Origin: Octopus vulgaris
Taxonomy: Eukaryota
Assembly (NCBI GenBank): GCA_951406725.2
Contig: OX597831.1
Coordinates: forward strand, 47,120,001 to 47,184,000
Length of the DNA stretch: 64,000 nt
Direction: 5' to 3'
This document shows positions 41,299-53,582 of this stretch, in pieces. Under the pieces are notes generated by a model that had not been told where the DNA came from, made no database searches, and saw only the letters and a list, made by a program, of their open reading frames with translations. Positions within the stretch are counted from its first letter, which is position 1. Each line of letters opens with the position of its first letter. A program made the translations under genes and the position numbers.

Positions 41299-41816
41299 TC
41301 TCTGTATATATATATACATACACATTTATACATATATATATTGTATTCATTTTGTTTTACATTTACTCTGATTTTAGAATCACCATTATTTTGGCGCATA
41401 GCTTCTTTCTTTCTGATTGCAAAATATCAATCTTCTTGATTACATTTGTGTACTTCACCTTTATCATGGAATATAAATTGAATGTGGCTAAGCGAGAACG
41501 TAAAAGTTGAAGGCAAACAGACATAAAGCCTGGTCACATTTGCTATATGTCAAGAATTTCTTTTTTTATTTATTTTTTTGTAGTCTTTTAAATTTTGCTT
41601 TTTTTTTCTTGAACTTTAATGCTTTTCAACTTTATATAACTTAATATAACCGATAGGTTGCATGAGATGATAGATCAATATAACATTATATTGAATTTAC
41701 GTGTGAAGCTTGTTTGAACTGCTGATGGAAACTAGATCTTCTGTAACTATTGTTGGTAATTATTATTATCATTATTATTATTAGTTTGTTATTGCTCATG
41801 TTCTTTTATTTTACAG

Positions 41817-41867
41817 GCCGGACTGTTGACTCTCTCTATATAAGTCAGTCAATTACGACTATTCTAT
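41817..41867 (+). other. Candidate 51-nt exon
   Basis: TGTTCTTTTATTTTACAG|GCCGGACTG...CTATTCTAT|GTTAGT. The length is a multiple of 3, one frame is open (xRTVDSLYISQSITTILx), and it keeps two CpGs in a CpG-poor setting. Confidence 0.45.
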
Positions 41868-43332
41868 GTTAGTATATACAATTGAGAACTAGTTGCCTGC
41901 TTATAAGAGCACAAACGGTTTTAATTCTAAAGGTGGTGACTGTCATTGATTCAGGCATTCATTTGGCTCATTCACATCATAATGTGGTGAAGAGCTGAGT
42001 GGGTTGGGGGGGGGGGGGTGTTTGGAGTAGAGATGTTGTTGTTGACTTGCTGCTTAGATCCAGGTAAATGTTTTGGTAAACATTGCTTGATCAAGCATGT
42101 GATCAAGGCTGTGATCAATGGCAGCCTTGTTATGATCATAATGTGTTTTTATGGATGCATAAGAGTACATCTAATGCAGGAGTTCTCAAAGTGACAAACA
42201 TCAGAACCCTCTCCCCCACTTCATTAGTCATTACCACCTTCTTTCTTAATTGCTTCTAATTGAAGTACAAGGTCAGTAGTTTCGAGTTGAGGGTGTTAGG
42301 TGATTACATGAATCACAATGCTTGATCCATAGTTTATTTTATCAACTCTTGACAGATGAAAGACCAAAGTTGACCTCAGCAAGATTTGAACTCAGAATGT
42401 AGACAGCTGATGCTCTTCTGATTCTACCAATCCATCACTTTGCACCACCTCTTTGCTGCAAAGGAACACATGTGCACGAGTCAGATTGTTCCCATAGCAT
42501 TTCTGTTTTAGCATTCTGCCAGTATTTAACTTATATTTTCCCACCCATCTTGGTTTTGGGCTTTCTTCTTGCATTCCAATATTTTCACCTTTGTCTACAT
42601 CTCAGTATCATTGAATCACTTTCTCCTTGGTTACCCTCTTCTCTTTTTACTTCTTTATATTTTCTAAACACACTGTTTGCGTGTGACCCCCACCCAGTCT
42701 ACTGAATCATTTCATTTTCCTTCATTGTGTAGTTTTTATTAGTCTTTATTCTTCTCAGTCAACACATCCTTTTCAATACTAGATTGACTGAGACAGTCAT
42801 TGATTATTTAATACAAACTTCCTGCATTAAAGAGATCTAAATTAAAACCTTCATTCAAAATTTCATGTTAATTTATGTTTCAAACACCAGCTTAATAATG
42901 ACAAAATTATTTTCCTAATTTTTTTCATTATTTTCAAAATTTATTGAAACAGAAGCAGTGTATTTCAACAGAAATATAGTAACAAAAATGATTAAGCTAT
43001 TGTAAATCCAACTGGCTTGTTCAGTAATCCTTCCATTAAGTTTTCTAAATATCCCGGTATTTTCTGATTGCACTCAAAAACTCACTGTGTTCTTGCAGTG
43101 TGCAGCACTCAAGTATGCTGTAACACATTGATTGTAGAGCCTCTGAATTAGAAGAGATAAACTATTTATTCTTTGACCCCACAGCCAGCCTTGGCCTTGT
43201 TATTGTTGTTTTTTGCCCCCAAATAAGCTCTGATTGAGTAGATCTATAATCAAACATGTTCCAGCAATAAGCATCTTATCTTATTGTATTATCCATGATT
43301 ACATTGTCTGATGTGTCCTTTATTTATAATGG

Positions 43333-43898
43333 TCATCATCATCATTGTTCGACCGTGGTTGAGACAGTGGAATTTACTATGCTACGCCAGACTTCACGGT
43401 CCATCATAGCATTACGGAGGTCCTGTTGCTGGATGCCTGTATCCCTGGAGATTACATCAGGGTAGGAGAGTGTGCATCCTCTGGTATCGCAAGTAAATTG
43501 CTTCCAGAGGAGAAGAGTAGAAATTGCTTCATTTTCAGCTCTACAACAATGTCCAGCAAATTGGACTCTTCTACCTTTCACAAGAGATGATACAGATGGT
43601 AGTTTCCCATATATTTGTACTTTGGTTGGATGGCGCTTCCACAAGAGATTTTGAGCTCTCATAAGGAGGCAAGTGTAAGTTCCAACCAACCGCCTCTCAA
43701 GCTTCTTTGATAATGTCCAGGTTTCTGAGCCATATAGTAGAATTGGTTCGACTGTGGCTTTGAAGATTTTGAGTTTGAAATCTCTACTTAGATTTGATGA
43801 CCAGATCTTATGCATATCATTACAGGCTGACCAGGCCATACCCTTTCTAGTTAGAAAATCTTTTCCAGATGACGATATGTATGACCCAAGATATTTGT
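43333..43898 (-). mobile_element. 5'-truncated RTE-clade LINE, open RT C-terminus plus (TGA)n tail
   Basis: Uninterrupted frame YKYLGSYISSSGKDFLTRKGMAW...FKATVEPILLYGSETWTL...RRVQFAGHCCR...AMMDREVWR, ending at a stop inside the TGA repeats. Confidence 0.93.
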
Positions 43899-46800
43899 AA
43901 TATGTTTACATATTCAGTCTTGGACTCATTGAGGTAAAGACCTATAATGGTAGGGTATTATTTGAAAGAGATTTGGCTGCTATTTCTGGGAGGTCAAGTA
44001 ACCTTGTATAAGCACCCTCATTGGTTTAATGACTCAAATTATTTTGATGTGCTGATATGTATCTATTCTATCTTGTTATCAATAAAATAAACTTGCAAGT
44101 CAAATACTCGGTTAATTTACTCACACGAGATGACAAAGGACTGAGATACTCGGTGCTTTGCTGTACTAACAGCAGAAATGTTAAGACCATTCCCCCTTGT
44201 GAAGGGGATTGGTCTGCAAGAGTCTTGTGCTGGTGCCACATAAAAAGCACTCATGCTGGTGCCATGTGACAGTGCTCACGCCAGTGCCACATTAAAAGCA
44301 CCCAGCACCCACTCTAATGTAGTTGGCATTAGGAAGGGCATCCAGCCATAGAACCATAGAAACCAAGCCAAATCAAACTAGAACTTAATGCAGCTCTCTC
44401 TAGTTCTCTGGTCAAACCGTCTAACCCATGCCAGCATGGAAAATGGACGTTAAAGGACGATGATAATGATGATGATGATGATAATAATGATGATACTTGT
44501 GCCTGACAACAAATTCCTCTTAGTACCATTAGCACTAGTGTGGAAGAAAGTGTAATCCCAATGACCACAGCACTCCTGTGTGGAATGCTGTGGTCATCAT
44601 TAGCTTGCATAAACATAATAATCAAACAAAATCACACAAATCCTATAATTAACAGGATGTGTGCCATGTTTGTCATTGTGTCCAATAAAAGAACCTCATT
44701 ATTTGATTGCTGCTTTTTTTTCTTCTGTTTACAATGGCTATGTGGTTAACATGCTCACTTTCCAATCACATGGTTTTGGGTTCAGTCCCACTACACAGCA
44801 TCTTGGACGAGTGTCTTCTACAATAGACCCTGGCAAACCAATGCCTTATGAGTGAATTTGGTAGACAGAATCTGTGTGGAAGCCTGTTGTGTGTGTGTGT
44901 GTGTGTGTAGCAGGTTACGATGGTGTGGGTTCCAGCTGATCAAATCAATGAAACCGCCTGCTTGTGAAATTAACATGCAAATGGCTGAGCACTCCACAGA
45001 CACGTGTACCCTTAATGTAAGTTCTCAGGGAGATTCAGTGTGACACAGATTGTGACAAGGCTGGGCCTTTGAAATACAGGTACTACTCATTTTTGCCAGC
45101 TGAGTGGACTGGAGACGATGTGAAATAAAGTGTCTTGCTTAAGGACACAATGCATTGCTGGGAATTGAACTCACAATCTTATGATCTTGAGCTGGACACC
45201 CTAACTACTAAGCCATACACATTCACACACATAATTGTGTATGTGTGTATGCATGTGCTTGTGTGTTTGTGTCTGTGTTTTATCTCCCTCTCACCACCTG
45301 ACAACCAGTGATGGTTTGTTTACACCCTCATAACGTAGTGCTTCGGACAAAAGAGACTAATAGATAAGCACCAGGCTGAAAAAAATAAGTAGTGAAGTTG
45401 ATCTGTTTGACTAAACCTTTCAAGGCAGTGCCCCAACAATGGCTGCAGTCCAATGATTTAAGCATGTAAAAGGTATAAGATAAATCTGTTTATCCTAAGA
45501 TTAACAGATATTTACAAAAGGATAAATAGTCAAATGAAGAGATAGTTGCCAGATTTACTAATTGGTAGATTTACAAATATCTGTTTGACACAAGGCTAGC
45601 AATTTCGGGTGTAGGGGGTAAATCAATTACATCAACCCTAGTTCGCAACTGGTACTTATTTTATCATCCCCTAAAAGCTGTTATTTATGATGATGATGAC
45701 TTATCTCTGTGTCACTCCCAATTGAGAAGACTTTTGATCAAAGGCGTTCCAGCCATGACCATCCCAATTTTTGTAGCATTGAGTCACCCGATTTGACACC
45801 ATCACCTGGTATCTTTCTCGGGTGAGTTTATCAGTGTTCATTTTGATGCAAACATTTGGGTTAGATCTGGTTCAAGGTAAAGTCTCCTGCTTTTCTCCCT
45901 CTCTCTCTCTCGTCAGTCTTGGATGATTTATTAAGGGGCATGGCCATTACCTCTTCCCTTGACCAAGCACTACCTCTACTCTACAAAGCTATGTTATCCA
46001 ATATAACCTTTTGAAAGACAATAGAATGTAATTTGCAGTACATATGGCTGCTGCTATTTCTAGCAGGTCGGGCAATCACATTGAGTTTCCCCATCCTCCC
46101 TTTGGTTTGTCAGATTTACAAGTTTTATATGTATGCTTAGCCTGGTGTATAATAGAAATCTGATGCTGAGGTAAGATAGGAATGTGCTCAGAATTGTGCC
46201 ATGGATCTGTATATATACCATTGTTCGTTTGAAACAGATGGCAGCCTATTTATGTCTCTTCTCTGTGTAAAATACTACACAGATAGTCATTCATCTGCTA
46301 CATTTGGGAAGCAGATTTAAACTTGGTCTCCTGATGCTGTCAATTCTAGAAATGGCTCAAAAATGAAAAGGAGGAGGACGGCGTCGGCGGCGACGAAGGG
46401 GAGGAGCGGGAAGAGAAAAGACGAAGAAGAAGAAGAAGGAAAAGAAATAACAAAGCTTGTTTTTAGTTCTGTCTATAAATTACTGCTGTTTGCAGTTTGA
46501 TTTTTCTTCAATGAATCATATTAGTGTTTAATACAACACTCTTGTATGTATGCGTGTGTTCTATGTACATACATATATTTGTATGTATGAATGTGTCTGT
46601 ATATGTGTTTGTTTGTGTGTGTGTGTGTGTATGTATCATCATCATTGAACGTCCGCTTTCCTTGCTGGCATAGTTATGTACGTGTGTCTGTGAATATGTA
46701 TGTGAATATGAAACAAAATGGATATATTTATTCTTATTACCCTGCCATAAGCATGTGAAGAATTTTTTTTCCTCTACTGAATATGACTGAAAGATAATAT

Positions 46801-49327
46801 TGTACTTCATATTTTCTATGAATGCTTCTTTCTAGGGAAGAGAAAAAGCGAGAAAGAGGGAGGGAGAGAAAAGAAACTAATATCTATTTTAAAATAGATA
46901 TTTTATCAGTTTTCTTTTTGCTTATTGTATTCACCTACAACTTCAGCATTGAAATGAAAGCATAAGTTTATTTTATTTTATTTTGAAGAATATACTTTCT
47001 TTCGTAATTATCATGAATCTCCATATATTTAACATACGCTTTTCCTCACCAAAATTAAAATTAATATTAGTTATTTGTTGTTGTTGTTGTTAAGCAACAA
47101 GATGGGTAAGGGTGATTAGGTGATGGTCTAGGGCTTAAGGGTGGGAGACCTCAGACCTTGGAAAAAAAAAGAAAACTTTGGTCGTCTTGTTGTAGTCAAG
47201 GGCTCTTCGTTGACGCCCAACACTACTGGGAGGTGGCCCTCGAAGTTGCTGGAAATGGAGATCTCCAGGTCCAAATTCTTGGACAGCTTAGTTATTTGTA
47301 TAAGGTGGTGAGATGGCAGAATCATTAACATGCCAGATAAAATGCTTAGCCTTCTGAGTTCTAATTCTGCTGAGATCAGCTTAACCTTTCACCCTTTTGG
47401 GGGTTGATAAAATAAGACCAGTTGAGAACTAGAGTCAATGTAATCAATTTACCCCCTCTCGCAAAATTGCTGGCTTTGTGCCAAAATTTGAAACCAATAT
47501 TATGTGTTTAATACATAAATCTTTAGTTAACTATATTCAATGAGAATATTATAAACTGAATTTATATTGAGTGCTCTATTGTATCAAAGTATTGATACTA
47601 TTAAAGTATTTATATATTTAATACAACTGATTATAAATATTTTATAATATATTATTATTAATATCAGGAAATCAATATTAGAAAATTCTTCAGAAAGATA
47701 TATATGTGTGTGTAAAATAATTATTGTATTAAAAATATAAAATATATATATATATATAAATATATGTATAAGTATAAATATATAATATATATGTTAGTTT
47801 AAAAGTTTTGAATTAAGTTTTTAAAGCATCTTACAATCGTTTCACAGAAGTGCTGTCCCTATAACGGAATCCTATATTGATAAGCGTTTATAGACAACTC
47901 TTCTGCTTTTCAGGGATATAAAATTTGAATTTTGTATAATATATCAAATGGTAGTTTTTTTTTTAATTTGAAGTAATACTATAAAATGGTGTTTGTTTGA
48001 AATATAAATTAAAAATTACTGCCTTTGATTTTGGTAAGTACACTTTAGTATGAGAGCCATGTGTTTAATACATGATATAAGATTGCAAAGTTTTTCACTG
48101 ATAAACTTTTATTAAAGAAAAAAAAAACAAAAACAACCTACAATGTAATAAAGCTTTATTATAAGGAAGCTTTAAAAGTTGATATATTGGATTATAGAAG
48201 ATTGAAGATTACCTCCTCTTGAGTAGTTGTGTAACACTGTGTTATCCAAAGCATTATAAGGTCTTAAAGGCAATTTAGGCATGAAACATGATGCATGCTA
48301 TACATAGTCTTATTATATAAGGGCTTATACATATATAACAGTGTGTGTTATACATGTATAATAATCCTATGTAAAACTCTACCATGTATGACATTGTGTG
48401 CTGTAGGGATTTTAACAGAATTCAGGAACAAAATTCATGATGCCCATTATACATGGGGTTTAACAGTATTAAAAACCATTCATTCTTCTCTTCAATCAAC
48501 TCCTTCTCCTCCTCCTCATCAAGTCATCAATGTCTTCTTGCTCATCATCATCATCATTATTGTCTTCATCATCACCACCACCGACTGTCATGATGCTGGT
48601 AGTAGTAGTAATGATGATGATGATGGATAGGTAGATAGTGTTACTATTGCTAGCCGTTGTTGTTTAACATCATAATTCAGAACTGATTAAACTGACCTAT
48701 GATAAAAGGTATTCTAGTCTTGACCATTCCGTCCTTTTTACCTATTTACTGGGAGTCCAGTGGCACGCTTCATGACATGTCCTTTTCCTAAGATGCTAGA
48801 GGGGTGAGTTGAAAGAGACTTAGACTAGCAATCGAGTAGATGTTTAATACCTGATATATAAAAATAAATTCTTATAATAATATATTTTCAGAGTTTGATT
48901 TATTGAGCCTGGAAGGTAGAAAGGCAAAGCCAACCTTAGTGAGATCTAAATGTAGAGTGCATAAAGGCATAATGAAATACAATTTTGCATTGAATCCAAG
49001 CCATTGAGAGAGCTTCTTCATGGTTGATTGATCTGCCAAAAGTAAAAATCTCTATCAAAAAGTAGATGGAGAAACATATTGGATTACATATATCATGCAT
49101 GCTGGCAAAGATACCTGACGTATGACAGGAGATAGTCTAATTATTATTATGTTGGACCTTGGGAAGGTTGTTATTATTATTATTATTATTATTATTAAGG
49201 TGATGGGCTGGCAGAATTGGTAGTACACTGGATGAAATGCTTAGCTGTATTTCGCCTGTTCTGAGTTCAAATTCTGCTCAGCTCAACTCTGCCTTTCATC
49301 TTTTTGGGGCCAATAAATTAAGTACCA

Positions 49328-49555
49328 CGGAGGCGCATGGTTTAGGGTGTCAGCATCATGATCGTAAGATTGTGGTTTCAATTCCTGGACCGGGCGACTC
49401 ATTGTGTTCTTGAGTCCACTCAGCTGGCAAAAATGAGTAACACTGCGATGGACTGGCGTCTCGTCCAGCTGGAGAATACTTATGCCATTGAAATCAGGAA
49501 ACCAGGCCCATTTGCCTGGCTAGGCTTTAAAAGGGCGCATTTGTTTTATTTTTAT
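49328..49555 (+). mobile_element. tRNA-derived SINE inserted in a family B SINE, 14-bp TSD
   Basis: TAAATTAAGTACCA is duplicated at 49314-49327 and 49556-49569. Head GGAGGCGCATGG...GTTTCAATTCC. Confidence 0.85.
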
Positions 49556-49923
49556 TAAATTAAGTACCAGTGAAACACTGGGGCTCAATGTAATTGACTA
49601 GTCCCTTCCTCCAAAATTTCAGGCCTTGTGCCTTTAGTAGAAAGGATTATTAGTATTATTGTTAAGGCAGCGAGCTGGCAAAATCATTAGTATGCCAGAC
49701 AATATGCCGCTAAGCATTTTCTCCAGCTTTACTTTCTCAGTTCAAATTCTGCCAAGGTCAACTTTACTTTTCATCCTTTTGGGATTGATAAAATAAATAC
49801 CAGTTAAACACTGGGGTCAATGTAGTTGACTAGCCTACCTCACAATTTCAAGTCTTGTACCTATAATAGAAAGGATTATTATTACTGTTGTGGTTTTTAG
49901 TTTTTAATTTCTTCTCCTCTTGT

Positions 49924-49977
<54 letters not shown>

Positions 49978-51198
49978 ACCTCTGCCTTCGCTAAGGTGGA
50001 GGTATTGTTTTCAGTCTGTTTGTTTGTTTGTCTGTAAGATATCTCAAGAACCACTGGATGGATTTGGATGAAACTTTCAGGGATGTTTGGCCTTGTGAGT
50101 GGCACAGTCTCATTAGATTTTGGGATTGATCTGGTACCGAGCAAGAATTCATTATCATCATCATCGTTTAACATCCGTTTTCGTCGCTAGCACGGGTTGG
50201 ACGGTTCGACCGGGGTCTGGGAAGCCAGGGTCTGCTCCAGGCTCCAGTCTGATCTGGCAGAGTTTCTACGGCTGGATGCCCTTCCTAACGCCAACCACTC
50301 CGCGAGTGTAGTGGGTGCTTTTTACGTGCCACCTGCACAGCTGGATTATTTTTCCGATTCTTTTTACTTTACATGTATATGAAAAATTTCACATAGTTCT
50401 CTTGTACACACACACACTCACACATTTTCAACATTATACATTACCATCCCATTTCCATTGTATACACACACACACACACACACACATATGCAAACATACC
50501 TCTTTTTACACACACATATACTCATACTTCAAACGCTGTGTATAGGCTTTTTCACTCCCTCCTTCATTTTTCATCTATCGCCCCTTCCTTTCTCATTCAC
50601 ATGACACTCTCTTTGCCACTTCATTTCATCTCTCTCATTGTCATTACTTTCTCTAACATCCTCTCAGTCATGGCTATTATTCTCACTACTTCCCCTTCAC
50701 TGTATTAGTATTTCATCTCCTCTCCCTCCACCTCTCACTCAATATATCTCTTATTATAAAAGGCAGATTTTATCTGCCTCCCTTTGTCAGTTATAGAAAT
50801 CTACAATATAGGATTTCTTCAATTACAATTTACCTAGCATTTTTAAGAGTAGAATGCATCGGGTCATGCCAGGTCCAGTTTTTAAAATTTAAACTCCAAT
50901 TAAGCAAAATTTACAGAAAACTCACATTCTGGTGTGTATGTCAAATGCTTTTCTTAATGTGGTTTACACCACACGCACACGCACACACACAGTGTGCAAC
51001 GAATAAAATGAAAGTAATTCACTTTCTGTAGTGAGTGATTCTTTCACTCTGCCTCCCACTTCCACTTTACACACATAGACACGCAAATATATAAATAAAA
51101 TTGGAAGCTAACGTGCGTGTGTGTGAGTGTGTGTGTGTGTGTGCGCATGTGTGTGTGTGTGAGGGTGCGTGTGTGCGTGTGCGTGAGTGTGTGACAGG

Positions 51199-51712
51199 AA
51201 AGTTTTTTACGACGAATATAAGACCTATATCCAAGTAGCAGAAAGATCGACCAAAAAGTGTATATAGATATCTAAATGTATTTATATATTCATCTATACA
51301 CAGATGTATGTATAATGTGTGTGTATATATTTCTATAGACGTAACCATTCACTCCGCACAAAGTTTTTTAGGACGAAAATAAGATCTAAACTTATCTCTA
51401 AGTAGCACAAAGATCGCCCAAAAGTGTATATAGATATATAAATGTATTTATATATTCATCTATGCACACATGTATGTATAACGTGTGTGTATATATTTCC
51501 ATAGAGGTAACCATTCACTCCATATAAAGTTTTTTTGGACGAAAATAAGATCTAAAATTATCTCTAAGAAACAGAAAGATCGCCCAAAAGTGTATATAGA
51601 TATTTAAATGTATTTATATATTCATCTATACACACATGTATGTATAATGTGCGTGTATATATTTCCATAGAGGTAACCATTCAATCCATACAAAGCTTTT
51701 TAGGACGAAAAT
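51199..51712. repeat. ~166-bp tandem repeat (about 3 copies) inside the Helitron
   Basis: AAGTTTTTT.GGACGAAAAT recurs near 51199, 51361, 51527 and 51693. Confidence 0.9.
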
Positions 51713-51942
51713 ATTTATATATAAAAGAAAGGTTGTGTGTCTGTCTACTCCGATTTAGATTCATAACTACTCCCACATTTTGCGATGCAGTTTAACCAAA
51801 ACCGGGTATCTTATAGTCGTGATTCATATCGAGCCCTTCTGGGTATTAGCGCGCGTCTACGATGAGTCGATGATTTTACAAATAATTTACCATCATTTTT
51901 TTCCATTTTAATGCATATTTTTTTAAATAAAGGGAAGTAACT

Positions 51943-52482
51943 CTCAAACTTCACACCAATATGCGTGCTCATATGCGACGTAATATCACATCAGCAGCAT
52001 TTCCTCACATCCTCCTTGCACTTGGCGAAGGCAAAATACCAGGGGATGAAAATGGTAATATTGCCATCGATTCCATTTGTACCATTGTTAAGACGCCTTC
52101 TGATCTCAGAGATGCAGTGTTCCCAGATCTACAAGCTAATTATCAGAATATGGATTGGATTGGCAAAAAGGCTATACTGGCCCCGAGGAATAAAACTGTT
52201 CACCATATTAATGATGAAATGCTAAAACTCATTCCTGGGGAAGTCTATGTATATCAGTCTATCGATACAACTCCTGACCCAGAGGACGTCATCAACTATC
52301 CAATAGAGGTACTCAATTCCTTTGAACACCCCGGACTACCACCACACTTTCTCAAACTTAAAGTTGGTGCCCCTATAATGCTCATCAGAAATTTGGTTCC
52401 CCCAAAACAATGCAATGGCACACGTTTGATCGTTAAGTCCTTATCTCCCACCGTAAACTTATATCAATATTTGCCTGAATAA
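51943..52482 (+). pseudogene. Helitron Rep/Hel Pif1-family helicase fragment
   Basis: LKLHTNMRA...LLALGEG...AILAPRN...IN...YPIEVLNS...GLPPH.LKLKVGAPIMLIRNL...CNGTRL are characteristic Helitron helicase motifs. The frame is open but truncated at both ends. Confidence 0.93.
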
Positions 52483-53519
52483 TCATCATAATTCAGTGCA
52501 ATCATTAACAGTACTTTCAAGCAATTCAGCCCCGAGCAACGCCGGGCAATTCTGCTAGTATATATATATTTGGATTATTTTTCCATTTGAGAGCGGTCAG
52601 ATTCATTTTTACTATTCTTGCTAGTGAGAGCAGTTGATTTTATTTCAGATATTCTCATTTAAAAAATCATCTCTAGCTAATCGTTGAGAGGATGTTGGTG
52701 TTGCCTTGGCGGAGGTTTGCACTCTCTGGGGGCACTTGTTTTAATTTATCTATTCTTGAACCCAGATAACTCTAGGAGCAATTATCAAGAAACTTTTGCA
52801 AATTTTATAATACGTACATATATACATATGCATACATATATACATATATACATACGTACATATTTACATATGCATACATATATATATATATATATGCATA
52901 TATACATACATATATACATACGCACACATATACATACACACACATGCATACATACATACATACATACATATGTACATGTATGCATGCATAGGCACATAAA
53001 CACACACACACTGACCCACACACATGCACACAAACAAACAAAAAGGAACGCATTGTAAATAACGGACAGAGTTAAGACTATTGAAAGGGTTGCAAGATGC
53101 AACGAAAATTTTAGGAAAATAGAAATAAAGAATAAGTGGAAATTTTATACTGGTGAGTGTGTTAAATTATAAGGCACAAAAACTAAATTACTCTCCCCAG
53201 ACACAACAGAATATGCTTCAACTCACAAACTCACATAAAGAATCTTGCAAACCAAATCCAAAAACGAATTTTATAATGTTTTATGTAATAGCTTTTTTTT
53301 TTTTTTTTAGAGGGTGGGTTTATTATAATCTATTTTGAAAGTGTATACATGTATGTTTTAATTATTTCTTCACTAATCACTGTGAACACAATTTCATCAC
53401 CATATAACTTAGGTTTGCATTGTTATATTGCCAAAGACTGGGTATTTGGATTAATTTCTGACACATTTCTGGCAATATTTATCTTGTTAATTCTCTCAGA
53501 CCGTATTTCCTTTGCTTAC

Positions 53520-53582
53520 CTTTTGGACCTTCTCCAGGTCATTGTCTCTTTTCAAATGATCTCCAGTAGTGGGTGAAGTCAT
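53520..53582 (-). CDS. Candidate first coding exon, MTSPTTGDHLKRDNDLEKVQK (unrecognised protein)
   Basis: ATG with A at -3 and an upstream in-frame stop, then 21 open codons ending in a strong phase-0 donor AAG|GTAAGC. No repeat similarity seen in this window. Confidence 0.27.

Larger units (their letters stand above)
50747..52558 (+). mobile_element. Internally deleted Helitron
   Basis: 5' end A|TCTCTTATTATAAAAGG. 3' hairpin CCCGAGCAACGCCGGG (52531-52546), then CTAG|T. Contains a helicase fragment. Confidence 0.88.
49978..52740 (+). mobile_element. Helentron-type non-autonomous element (HINE/DINE-like) hosting nested insertions
   Basis: 5' ACCTCTGCCTTCGCTAAGGTGGAGGT hairpin followed by (GTTT)n/GTCT. 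3' subterminal inverted repeat CCTTGGCGGAGGT (52704-52716) and short stem-loop TGCACTCTCTGGGGGCA before a T-rich flank. Confidence 0.7.
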
